IMG/VR virus record: IMGVR_UViG_3300010352_000625
Span: 142,670-206,669 of that record
Strand: one strand, 5' to 3'
Length of the DNA stretch: 64,000 bases
From: a virus
Lineage: Duplodnaviria; Caudoviricetes
Shown: one piece after another, positions 8,122 through 16,368 of the stretch
How the letters are laid out: the number at the start of each line of letters is the position of its first letter
How positions within the stretch are numbered: the first letter of the stretch is position 1
Made by a program: the position numbers and the translations under genes
Notes under the pieces: model-generated
Told to the model about the DNA's origin: nothing
The model's database searches: none
Seen by the model: only the letters and a program-made list of their open reading frames with translations

Positions 8122-9165
8122 TCATTTCATTGGTTTAATCTTTTCTTCGATGCAACTGATTTCTTCTTCAGTCAAGCCGTATTTTGCATAAAACTGACTG
8201 TCGATTTCAGAAATGCTCTTGCTCCAGTCGATGTCGGATTTTGTGGTTAAGTCTTGTAACGGTACGAACTGGTACACATTCTGGTACACATTCTGGGACA
8301 CTTTTAATATACCTACCATAAATCTAAAGAATTTTCCGCTCATGTATTTTTGAAGATTTTCGGCTTCTAATTGCGTGTCAAATGCACCTATAGGAATTAA
8401 TGAATCTGTACATACGGATTGAGGATATCCAATATACGCTTTCCCAAGAATAGCAACCGGTTTATCATTGCTCAAAATACCGGCACCACCATTGCCTTTC
8501 GAAGTAAATACTTTGTATTTATCAATTACATCTATATTTTTTGTGATATTTTCTCTCTTTGTATAACGGATTTTTTCATATGCACAACGAACTTCAATTG
8601 CACAATCAAAAGGTTTTTCTGTTGTGATTTTATCGAGTTCTGACTTTTTACCTACTATTCCAAATGCATTACGTCCAGAGGTTATAGTGGTCATCGATAC
8701 AAATCCATTGGCAGTGCGAACTTTATCTAATATACTAACCAAACAATTCATAGAGATAATAATATCCAATCCCTCTTCAAATAAAGGCCTTGTTGCTATA
8801 TTTCTGCTGTCAGCATAGCACTCTGTGAAAACGACATTGCCAATGTGACTTTTATCAAACAGATAATAATTAACACCACCTGCAATTTCAACCCCCTTAA
8901 ACAACAGTTTATTGTCGGGATAATTAAAAATTTTCGAAAAATGATTATTGTCCTTGATAAACTCTCTAAGTTTGATAAAGGATTTATCTTGCGCATCTGC
9001 AGTAAACCATCTTGAAGGTGTAATGAGAGATGTGTAAACTGCGTTTAATTTAATAGTATTTTGAATAAACATAGGAAACAATTGCTTTGATAACGCAGTA
9101 TTCTCTCCTGTATTGCTAATATTTTCCTGATATGGAGGATTTCCCACTACAGCGTTAAACTTCAT
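8122..9165 (-). CDS. Eco57I-like adenine MTase C-terminal module (NPPY + target recognition domain), no motif I
   Basis: VVGNPPYQ, ITPSRWF; visibly higher GC; in-frame upstream remnant EPSYWEKGEVKK suggests truncation from a larger type IIG gene. Confidence 0.8.
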   Translation of the reverse strand: MKFNAVVGNPPYQENISNTGENTALSKQLFPMFIQNTIKLNAVYTSLITPSRWFTADAQDKSFIKLREFIKDNNHFSKIFNYPDNKLLFKGVEIAGGVNYYLFDKSHIGNVVFTECYADSRNIATRPLFEEGLDIIISMNCLVSILDKVRTANGFVSMTTITSGRNAFGIVGKKSELDKITTEKPFDCAIEVRCAYEKIRYTKRENITKNIDVIDKYKVFTSKGNGGAGILSNDKPVAILGKAYIGYPQSVCTDSLIPIGAFDTQLEAENLQKYMSGKFFRFMVGILKVSQNVYQNVYQFVPLQDLTTKSDIDWSKSISEIDSQFYAKYGLTEEEISCIEEKIKPMK

Positions 9166-9367
9166 TTTCTTAACTTCTCCTTTTTCCCAATAGCTTGGCT
9201 CCAGACCAGACGCATTTGCCTTTATGCTACATTCCGATATTTACAAATTAAAAAATATGTTAGATGAAAAGCATATATTGAATTTTCTTCAAAGAGATAA
9301 TCAATATATAACGCCCCAACATCTTTTATAATACTATTATATCACAACTTACTAATGTTGTCAAGTA

Positions 9368-9748
9368 TCAAATTTTATTTCTAAGTATCGTAACTATATC
9401 TTCAGTTTTCATTTTATTTTGTGCTACACTCATTCCTATATTTACTAATTCGTCTGTTTCAAATTTAACATTATAGTTATTAATTTTAAGTAATACCAAC
9501 ATTATATGTATACCAATTCTTTTGTTACCATCAGTGAAAGGATGATTAGTAATAAAAGAATAACACGCTCTAGCTATTTTTTCAATATCACTTTTGTATA
9601 TTTCTTCATTGAAAGCACCAGCATAAGGCGAAAAATAAGCTGTCCAAAAAGACATGTTATCTCTAACTTTACCGCTGAACCCACCCGTTTTAGCAGTAAT
9701 TACTTTATTAAGATTAACAACTTGTTCTTGTGTTAAATATTTCATCAC
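9368..9748 (-). CDS. doc: Death-on-curing (Doc/Fic) family protein
   Basis: HPFTDGNKR motif. Confidence 0.88.
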   Translation of the reverse strand: MMKYLTQEQVVNLNKVITAKTGGFSGKVRDNMSFWTAYFSPYAGAFNEEIYKSDIEKIARACYSFITNHPFTDGNKRIGIHIMLVLLKINNYNVKFETDELVNIGMSVAQNKMKTEDIVTILRNKI

Positions 9749-9807
9749 TATTCTCCCAATATAGTATAAGCTTCTATATTATCATCCTTGAGTTTCTAGT
9801 CTTTTGT

Positions 9808-10977
9808 TTATTCAAAGGATTTAATTCTGGATTCGATATAATCTATTTCATCTTGATCCAAATCGTATTTCGCATAAAGTTGCGTGTCTATATCTGTAAT
9901 CGTTTTTCCCCAGTCAATATCTGAGTTAGATCTGAAATTCTGCTGTGGGACAAAGGAATAAATATTACTTGTTATCACTTGGGCAATTTTTTTGATTCCA
10001 AGCATAAATCTGAAGAACTTTGTATTCATATATTTGTTAAGATTCTCTGCCTCTAATCGGTTGTCAAAATCACCAACAGCGATAAGTGTGTTTGAACAAA
10101 TCGAATTTGGCCTCATAAGAAAAGTTCTTCCCAAAATCGCTACAGCCTTATCATCAAGCAGGGTTCCTGCGCCGCCATTCATTTTTGATGTAAAAACCTT
10201 CCAATGTTTTGACAGTTCTCTATTTCGCTTAATTTCATCACTTGATATATATTTCATTTCCCCATAAGCGCAAAGAATCATTGTGTTATGCGTCACATCT
10301 GGTGAGGTTGTAGTAATTCTATCTAAAGATGCATCTATTGCAGGAATACCGAATGGGTTACGTCCAGTCACAATTTTTTCCATTGACTTAAAGTTTTCAG
10401 CGGTAACTTTATGTAGAATACTTATCATTCTATTCATTGGGAGGACAACATCTAAACCTTTTTCAAAAAGAGGTCTTTCAACAACTGTTTCATTCTTGTT
10501 AGAAATCTCAGTAAAAATAATATCTCCTGAATACCCATTGTGGTACAGGAAGTAATTTACGCCACCAGGAACACTAACATCACCAAATACATCACTACTG
10601 TTTAAATAGTTTACAATGTGGGAAAAATGGTTGTTATTTCTTAAAAAATTCCTAAGTGTCACAAAAGAACGGTCCTGAGCGTTTCCAGTAAACCACCTTG
10701 ATGGCGTAATTAATGATAAATATCTGGGTTGCATCTTAATTACAAGGGTAATAAATGAAGGGTATAGTTGCTTGCTTAGTGACTTATTTTCTTGACCCCC
10801 AATATTTTCTTGATATGGTGGATTGCCAACAATGGCATCGAATTTTAGCATGTTTTCTTCATCTCTTAGGACTACTTCGTCCTCCATAGTAATTTCATTA
10901 AACGACTTATTTTGATTCAACAATAATCTGATTTTTTTATAATTAATTTCGTTATCATCGGTTTTGATATTGAGCAA
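9808..10977 (-). CDS. Eco57I-like adenine MTase module (NPPY + TRD)
   Basis: IVGNPPYQ, ITPSRWF; paralog of 8122-9165. Confidence 0.82.
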   Translation of the reverse strand: MLNIKTDDNEINYKKIRLLLNQNKSFNEITMEDEVVLRDEENMLKFDAIVGNPPYQENIGGQENKSLSKQLYPSFITLVIKMQPRYLSLITPSRWFTGNAQDRSFVTLRNFLRNNNHFSHIVNYLNSSDVFGDVSVPGGVNYFLYHNGYSGDIIFTEISNKNETVVERPLFEKGLDVVLPMNRMISILHKVTAENFKSMEKIVTGRNPFGIPAIDASLDRITTTSPDVTHNTMILCAYGEMKYISSDEIKRNRELSKHWKVFTSKMNGGAGTLLDDKAVAILGRTFLMRPNSICSNTLIAVGDFDNRLEAENLNKYMNTKFFRFMLGIKKIAQVITSNIYSFVPQQNFRSNSDIDWGKTITDIDTQLYAKYDLDQDEIDYIESRIKSFE

Positions 10978-11020
10978 ATAGATTATCGAGTAATTCTAAA
11001 TTTCTCATGAGATCCTTCAT

Positions 11021-12010
11021 TTATTTTTTATTGAGTAAAGAAACAAATTTAATTTCTTTACTTACACCCCAATCCATAACCTTGCAATAAATCCCTGAAT
11101 GAAGGAGCGGGTCGTTTTTTGCACATCCCTCACAAGGCGTGTTCTCTATGGGTGCATCGAAAAGACTCAATTGAACAAAATTACTGTTTTTATTTTTACA
11201 ACTATTTGGGACTACAAATTTTAATCCGTCCATTTGCCAGATGTTCCACGAAATGACAAAGGCAATATTTAATAGTAGTTCTTCACATGGCTCATAATGG
11301 AATTTATTTATATAATAGTCGATAAATGTACACAATAAATTTTCTCTTGCTAATAGAACATTATCTCCCTGCCAGTCATAGCCATAAATACTTTTATACG
11401 CCTTGTATGCCCAATTTAGCCATTCTTCTTTATCACTTACATTTTCAGATAACACACGCAATTTTCTATCAAGAAGGCCTATTCGTTCAGATATTTCAAT
11501 ATATTGTCCGATTACAGTATCATAGCGACTAACCAAATACGGTGCTTCTCCACAACATATTTCAAGCCGTGACTCGAGTACATAATCTTTCCAAGTCTTC
11601 CCGCTTTTGGTTGGAAATTTAATTGGCTCATGTATCGAATCCCAAGAATTTTCTTTCCCGATATTAAAAACATGCTTTTGTCCAAACCACTCATAATCTA
11701 TAAGATTATTCTGTTTGTTACATACCCAAGAAGGTGTAAAGACTTCGGCTTTTTCACGAATACGCATAATTTGGTTTTCTTTCGTTTTTTCAGTCCTCGG
11801 TTTCACTATGTCACGATAGAATCCAGTTACAGAGTCAATTGTGATTTGATCATCGAAATTAAATTGATTACCATGAACAGAATAATTATTTGTAGCCCAA
11901 ATAATGTTCTTTTTTGTGGTCTCATCTTTAAGGAGAATTTCCAGTACGTTTGGACTGAATTCTTTATTCTTTTCTTCAATAAAATTCATTGTATAATTCA
12001 GCATTTTCAA
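11021..12010 (-). CDS. R-M methyltransferase N-terminal (SAM-binding) subunit of a split MTase
   Basis: AEVFTP (motif X), LEICCGEAPY (motif I-like), YGYDWQGDN; no NPPY. Confidence 0.75.
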   Translation of the reverse strand: MKMLNYTMNFIEEKNKEFSPNVLEILLKDETTKKNIIWATNNYSVHGNQFNFDDQITIDSVTGFYRDIVKPRTEKTKENQIMRIREKAEVFTPSWVCNKQNNLIDYEWFGQKHVFNIGKENSWDSIHEPIKFPTKSGKTWKDYVLESRLEICCGEAPYLVSRYDTVIGQYIEISERIGLLDRKLRVLSENVSDKEEWLNWAYKAYKSIYGYDWQGDNVLLARENLLCTFIDYYINKFHYEPCEELLLNIAFVISWNIWQMDGLKFVVPNSCKNKNSNFVQLSLFDAPIENTPCEGCAKNDPLLHSGIYCKVMDWGVSKEIKFVSLLNKK

Positions 12011-12053
12011 TCCTCCAGCTTTATCTGAATCAAAAGTTGCTCACATAGGTGAA

Positions 12054-12113
12054 TATGAAATCTGTAGTCGATGAATCAGGAAGATTACAGTCTAAAGACT
12101 GTAATTAGTTCAC
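12054..12113 (+). mobile_element. Isolated right end of the tnpB element
   Basis: TATGAAATCTGTAGTCGATGAATCAGGAAGATTACAGTCTAAAGACTGTAATTAGTTCAC matches ~38412-38471 and the 3148 copy. Confidence 0.88.
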
Positions 12114-12250
12114 TATTCTCCCAATATAATATAGACTTCTATGTTATTATCAATTATTTCATTAGATATAATATCAATTTTTATATCATCTAAGAATTCT
12201 GTTTCATAAGCTACTATCAAATGCATTTCCATATCATTTACAGATACCAT
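12113..12250 (-). CDS. 45-aa acidic protein, possible Doc antitoxin
   Basis: Ends DNNIEVYIILGE*; a diverged copy of this 3' end (DDNIEAYTILGE*) abuts the doc start at 9748-9787. Confidence 0.45.
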   Translation of the reverse strand: MVSVNDMEMHLIVAYETEFLDDIKIDIISNEIIDNNIEVYIILGE

Positions 12251-12278
12251 TTTTTTATACCTACTTTATATTTATTAT

Positions 12279-12352
12279 TGGAAGGGATAATTGGAATCTA
12301 ACCAATAACTAAAGTGTCAGAAACTTTTGTTTTAACATTAAACTATATCCCT
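12279..12352 (-). tRNA. tRNA-Gln(CTG)
   Basis: AAAGT-TTCTGAC-ACTTT; T-loop TTAGATT; CCA. Confidence 0.85.
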
Positions 12353-12367
12353 ATATTATAAATAAAA

Positions 12368-12895
12368 TTACTCCCACATTAAATCTAATGTTTTATAAAT
12401 TTCATCTATCTGTTTATCAGTAAATTTCCATCTTTTATTAATTGTTTTTTTAGCCCAATCATAAGGTGTATTTTTACCTAGTTCTTCAGACATTGCACAC
12501 CAATCAGCACCCATTTCATGAATTGCAAGTGTTGGCATTTTAGAAGCATCAACTAACATGTTATCTAGTTCATTATCTCTAGTAAAATTTTTAATGTTTT
12601 TATCCCAATATTCAGGATGATGTACATTATTTTTAATATGTTTAAACGTAGCTTCATCAATCAATTTAGAATCAAAAGGATACTCATATTCTGGATTAGC
12701 ATATTTCCATGTTAAAAATATATACCAAGTGTTAATATCAGTATCTTCCAATTTATCTAAATCATGATATGTGTAATCTTTATTCATTTTTTTACCATAT
12801 TTATTAACTAAGCTAATATGTTTATTAGTTCTACGATAAAAAAATGATATCATATCATTCATTAATTTTGTTGGTAATACACTATTTATATTCAA
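12368..12895 (-). CDS. HD-like protein (DUF5662-like)
   Basis: HDLDK, HHPEYW, EMGADW. Confidence 0.7.
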   Translation of the reverse strand: MNINSVLPTKLMNDMISFFYRRTNKHISLVNKYGKKMNKDYTYHDLDKLEDTDINTWYIFLTWKYANPEYEYPFDSKLIDEATFKHIKNNVHHPEYWDKNIKNFTRDNELDNMLVDASKMPTLAIHEMGADWCAMSEELGKNTPYDWAKKTINKRWKFTDKQIDEIYKTLDLMWE

Positions 12896-12907
12896 TTAAA
12901 CATCTCT

Positions 12908-13099
12908 TTAGGCTGGTTCATAATTAGAACCATTATTATGAAGACAAACAGTCATAGAAAACCAACAATTCTGCTGTCCACAAGGACCAGCTATATAACC
13001 GCTAGATTTTGCTGGGTCTTGCTCTATATTATATTCACATGAATCACAATCATGTTCATCACGACAATTACAGTTACAGTCTTTACATATATCTTCCAT
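12908..13099 (-). CDS. Cys-rich small protein
   Basis: Multiple Cys; AAGGA RBS. Confidence 0.6.
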   Translation of the reverse strand: MEDICKDCNCNCRDEHDCDSCEYNIEQDPAKSSGYIAGPCGQQNCWFSMTVCLHNNGSNYEPA

Positions 13100-13115
13100 T
13101 TTAATTTCCTTCTTT

Positions 13116-13463
13116 CTAAAAGAAATCCTTCATGTCTACTCTTTTTATGGTTCTAAGATAGTTACCCAAATCTATTACTGAACTTTTGTTAAAGAAGAAA
13201 TTATATTTTAACATAATATCATCTTTAGTAATAATATCAAAATTAACTATATTATCATGCTCATAAACTGTAATGATTGCAACAAACTTAGGTGTATCAA
13301 CATATGTTGTTTCGCCATCTGTTGCTACTGCTGTTGCTTTATAAAGATCAGAATAAAATTTTTCTCTAAGTTCTTCCTCACCACCGCAAGCCCCGTTAAT
13401 AGGTGTAGAGTCCATAAACAGTTTTGCTAACATCAAAGAATTAAATTTACTCATTGTATACAT
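13116..13463 (-). CDS. Hypothetical protein
   Basis: GAGG RBS; upstream -10 element. Confidence 0.6.
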   Translation of the reverse strand: MYTMSKFNSLMLAKLFMDSTPINGACGGEEELREKFYSDLYKATAVATDGETTYVDTPKFVAIITVYEHDNIVNFDIITKDDIMLKYNFFFNKSSVIDLGNYLRTIKRVDMKDFF

Positions 13464-13673
13464 CCTCTCTCAATCAAGTGTTTTTCATTCACTATATATA
13501 TTATAACACAGAATTAAGATGTTGTATAGTATCTAAAAGTATACAATGTAAAATAGATGTAAACTAAGTCTATAATTAATTTACTTTGTAATAATTATAA
13601 TTAAACTTAGTTTCATTTTTTATTAAATATTAAATTGTTGTAATAATTAAATAATAAACTTTAATATATTTTA

Positions 13674-13734
13674 TGCGGACCCACTGAACTCGAAGCAGAC
13701 CTTTTTCGTTTCGTCAATTTAAACTACAGTCCCG
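13674..13734 (-). pseudogene. tRNA-like remnant lacking the anticodon arm
   Basis: GGGACTG-TA-GTTT...AAAC D arm followed almost directly by a TTCGAGT T-loop. Confidence 0.45.
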
Positions 13735-13757
13735 ATGTGTTAATTTTTAAACATAAT

Positions 13758-13792
13758 TGGCTCCGACGGAGAGAATCGAACTCCCATATGAT
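13758..13792 (-). pseudogene. Orphan 3' half of a tRNA (Asn-like)
   Basis: CATATGGGAGTTCGATTCTCTCCGTCGGAGCCA resembles the 3' half of tRNA-Asn 15047-15125. Confidence 0.75.
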
Positions 13793-13800
13793 GTTTTTAT

Positions 13801-14949
13801 TCAATCAAGTAACCAAGGAGCCCATCTTTTTAACCAAGGTCTACTACCATTACTTGTTATATCAACTATATTAGCAACTTTCTTAACCCAACCAAATTCG
13901 TTGGTATCAATATTAGCATCAATTACTTTATTTACTTTAATAGCTATTTCGTGTAATTTATCTATTTCTTTCTGTTTAGCTATTATTTTTCTTTCTTCTA
14001 TTATATTACCACGTTTAAATGTATTCTCTAATAACCAAGGACACCATCTTTTTACCCATCTTCTACCATTAGATTGCCCTGTAATCTTATTCACTTGTTC
14101 CGACCAACCAAACTTAGTAAAATTAATATTAGCATCAATTACTTTATTTACTTTAATAGCTATTTCGTGTAATTTATCAATTACATCTAATTCTTGTTGT
14201 TTTTTGATTCTTTCTAATTCTTTTATTTCGTCATAATATTTTTTTAAATTATCTTCTAAATGTTCAATATCATTATCTATAAAATCTTTAGCTATATTAA
14301 TATATCTCTGAGTGTCATTAAATATATCTTTCCATCTAATTCTAAGTACTTGCCAGTCTCTTTGTTTTAATAAATTATCTTTTCTAATATCTCTTTCATG
14401 ATAATCTTCAAATCTATAATGCTGTTCACCATCTATTTCTATACATTTTTTAAGATGCACCCAAGCAAAATCTAATTTATATGTACTGAACTGATATTGA
14501 TAAACATAATTTTTATCATCAAATTCATTCTCTATAACTTTTGTAAAGAACTTTTCGGGATAAGAAGGTTCCTCTATATGATTATTATATCCAATGTTAT
14601 ATGCTCTACCTTCTCTATGAGCTTTTTTTAATTTTTTTGATATTTTCTCTTTGTGTTCATCAGATAAAGATTTACCTTGACACCAAATAGTTAATTCACC
14701 ATTAGCAAATTTTTCTTTCATTAATTTTGATTGTTTTTTTATTGATTCGCAATTTTCTTTTGTTTTACCCTTTTTATTTGATGTTTTTCCTATAAGTAAA
14801 CTAATATATCCAAAATGATACTTTAAATGATTACCTATTCCGTAAACACTATATTCTTTATTACAAATAGGGCATTTATATAATCCATTACTTTGTAACC
14901 AAGTTCTCCAATTCTTTTTACATTCTAAATATTTTTCTTCGTCAAACAT
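13801..14949 (-). CDS. Free-standing homing endonuclease (C2H2 finger + NUMOD3-like + DUF559/Vsr-like nuclease + duplicated C-terminal repeat)
   Basis: CPIC..H..H; GKSLSDEHKEKIS; LDFAW..IEIDGEQH..D..L..W.VLRI; two copies of IDKLHEIAIKVNKVIDANI..FGW..KRW.PWLL. Confidence 0.82.
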   Translation of the reverse strand: MFDEEKYLECKKNWRTWLQSNGLYKCPICNKEYSVYGIGNHLKYHFGYISLLIGKTSNKKGKTKENCESIKKQSKLMKEKFANGELTIWCQGKSLSDEHKEKISKKLKKAHREGRAYNIGYNNHIEEPSYPEKFFTKVIENEFDDKNYVYQYQFSTYKLDFAWVHLKKCIEIDGEQHYRFEDYHERDIRKDNLLKQRDWQVLRIRWKDIFNDTQRYINIAKDFIDNDIEHLEDNLKKYYDEIKELERIKKQQELDVIDKLHEIAIKVNKVIDANINFTKFGWSEQVNKITGQSNGRRWVKRWCPWLLENTFKRGNIIEERKIIAKQKEIDKLHEIAIKVNKVIDANIDTNEFGWVKKVANIVDITSNGSRPWLKRWAPWLLD

Positions 14950-15046
14950 AATAATCTCACCTTATTAATAGTATAAAATTACAGTCTACTATTAATTTGG
15001 CTTTTCATATGAAATTTAAACCTTTACCACGGTCAAATATAAAGTC

Positions 15047-15125
15047 TGGCTCCGAGGGTGGGGGTCGAACCCACATATGACACTGTTTAACAGACAGCCG
15101 GCTTGCCTAGTTAGCCTACCTCGGA
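15047..15125 (-). tRNA. tRNA-Asn(GTT)
   Basis: TCCGAGG/CCTCGGA; loop CTGTTAA; G73; CCA. Confidence 0.9.
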
Positions 15126-15167
15126 ATAAAATAAACTTTATTTTATAAATTGAATTAACATTATCTG

Positions 15168-15205
15168 TGTCAAAGCCAGTCGTTCTGCCTTTGAACTACA
15201 CCGGA
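15168..15205 (-). pseudogene. Orphan 5' half of tRNA-Gln(TTG)
   Basis: TCCGGTG-TA-GTTC-AAAGGCA-GAAC-G-ACTGG-CTTTGAC, then no 3' half. Confidence 0.65.
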
Positions 15206-15222
15206 ATAATAAATAACTTTAA

Positions 15223-15432
15223 TTACTTTTCACTAAATTTTTTACATCTACCTCTTTTATTATACCACTCACAAAGCGAAAACTGCTTTACTTCTGCTAT
15301 ATAATCTATATGTATTCTTGATTCATATGTACAAACATTAATATCTAAGAATTTTTTTTGATATTTACAATTGACACATAAATGTTTTTCTCGTTTAAAA
15401 TAATTAATTATTTTCTTATATATGTTATACAT
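15223..15432 (-). CDS. Small Cys-rich protein
   Basis: CVNC...C...C...C. Confidence 0.6.
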   Translation of the reverse strand: MYNIYKKIINYFKREKHLCVNCKYQKKFLDINVCTYESRIHIDYIAEVKQFSLCEWYNKRGRCKKFSEK

Positions 15433-15462
15433 AATTATGCACCCTTAAACAATATTTTTAAA

Positions 15463-15540
15463 TGGTCGGGAATCCCAGATTTGAACTGGGGTCCAATGCT
15501 CCCAAAGCACCGATGCTAGGCCAGACTACAACAATTCCCG
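15463..15540 (-). tRNA. tRNA-Pro(TGG)
   Basis: CGGGAAT/ATTCCCG; loop TTTGGGA; CCA. Confidence 0.9.
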
Positions 15541-15559
15541 ACATAAATACTACATTAAT

Positions 15560-15633
15560 TGGTAGAGATACGAGGAATCAAACCCCGGACTAGTGGTAGA
15601 AAGCCACTCGTGTTATCATTACATCATATCTCC
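15560..15633 (-). tRNA. tRNA-Glu(TTC), U37, second copy
   Basis: AGTGG-CTTTCTA-CCACT; CCA. Confidence 0.82.
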
Positions 15634-15635
15634 GT

Positions 15636-15712
15636 TGGCAGGGATAGCTAGAATCGAACTAAACTTTTTTCGGGTCAAAGCCGAATGTAATAAGCCATTA
15701 TACGATATCCCC
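15636..15712 (-). tRNA. tRNA-Gln(TTG)
   Basis: TTCGG-CTTTGAC-CCGAA; CCA. Confidence 0.88.
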
Positions 15713-15726
15713 GTTTTAAAAAATAA

Positions 15727-15945
15727 TGTCGTGAAGGATTGTTTGACCTGTACTACAAATAACATCCGATTCATTATTGTAGTTTTTTGCTCCAGCATCT
15801 TACTGGTTCGTTAGCATTTCAGCTAATCTGTACAGGACTATCCCCATGTTTAATAATTAAACAAGTCGTTCACTTGGGCTCTCTGTTACATTAACAATCT
15901 GGCTTCACTTGAACTAATTGAGCTACACCTTATTTCTTCACAACA
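15727..15945 (-). ncRNA. ~220-nt structured ncRNA, raiA-motif-like candidate
   Basis: Own TTGACA/TG-TATAAT promoter at ~15950-15979; terminal helix TGTTGTGAAG/CTTCACGACA; CCTGTAC/GTACAGG closing three hairpins; no credible ORF. Confidence 0.65.
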
Positions 15946-15998
15946 TAAATATTATATCACATATTTTATAACTTGTCAAGTATCAATTTTTTATATAA

Positions 15999-16082
15999 TG
16001 GCGGAGGATAATTGAGTTTAACAATCACCATTGCTGGGGGCTGGTTTTCAAGACCAGTTATGCCACGGGCATCCTATCCTCC
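15999..16082 (-). tRNA. tRNA-Ser(TGA), non-canonical D arm
   Basis: CTGGT-CTTGAAA-ACCAG; variable arm; G73; D arm ATGCC-CGT-GGCAT; T-loop TTAAACT. Confidence 0.8.
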
Positions 16083-16098
16083 AAATTAATAAAAATAA

Positions 16099-16174
16099 TG
16101 GCCGCTTCAAGGAGAATTGAACTTCTACCTTATCCGTGACAGAGATATATTCTTAACCATTAAACTATGAAGCG
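16099..16174 (-). tRNA. tRNA-Asp(GTC)
   Basis: Loop CTGTCAC; G73; CCA. Confidence 0.88.
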
Positions 16175-16177
16175 GTA

Positions 16178-16254
16178 TGGCCTGCCTGAGAGGATTTGAA
16201 CCCCTAACCTGGTGGGTAGAAACCACCTGCTCTTGTCCATTGAGCTACAGGCAG
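16178..16254 (-). tRNA. tRNA-Arg(TCT)
   Basis: GGTGG-TTTCTAC-CCACC; CCA. Confidence 0.92.
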
Positions 16255-16261
16255 AAAATTT

Positions 16262-16335
16262 TGGTGACTATAAAAAGAATCGAACTTTTATAAATCGCCT
16301 ATGAAACGATTGCTTTACCATTAAGCTATATAGTC
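16262..16335 (-). tRNA. tRNA with CAT anticodon (Met or Ile2)
   Basis: GACTATA/TATAGTC; loop TTCATAG; A73; CCA. Confidence 0.85.
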
Positions 16336-16368
16336 TAAAAAAATTACTATTACTACATGAGCGATATT

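Noticed and set aside
13757-14236. 159-aa plus-strand ORF, and similar antisense ORFs such as 2063-2248, 2260-2493, 11630-12028 and 32781-33158
   Set aside because: Shadows of minus-strand genes or tRNAs; no RBS or recognisable motifs
13793-15046. Group I intron in a tRNA carrying the endonuclease
   Set aside because: The upstream tRNA-Asn is already complete, and the flanks leave too little sequence for a ribozyme core
15999-16082. tRNA-Sec
   Set aside because: The D arm is Sec-like but the anticodon is TGA (Ser), not TCA
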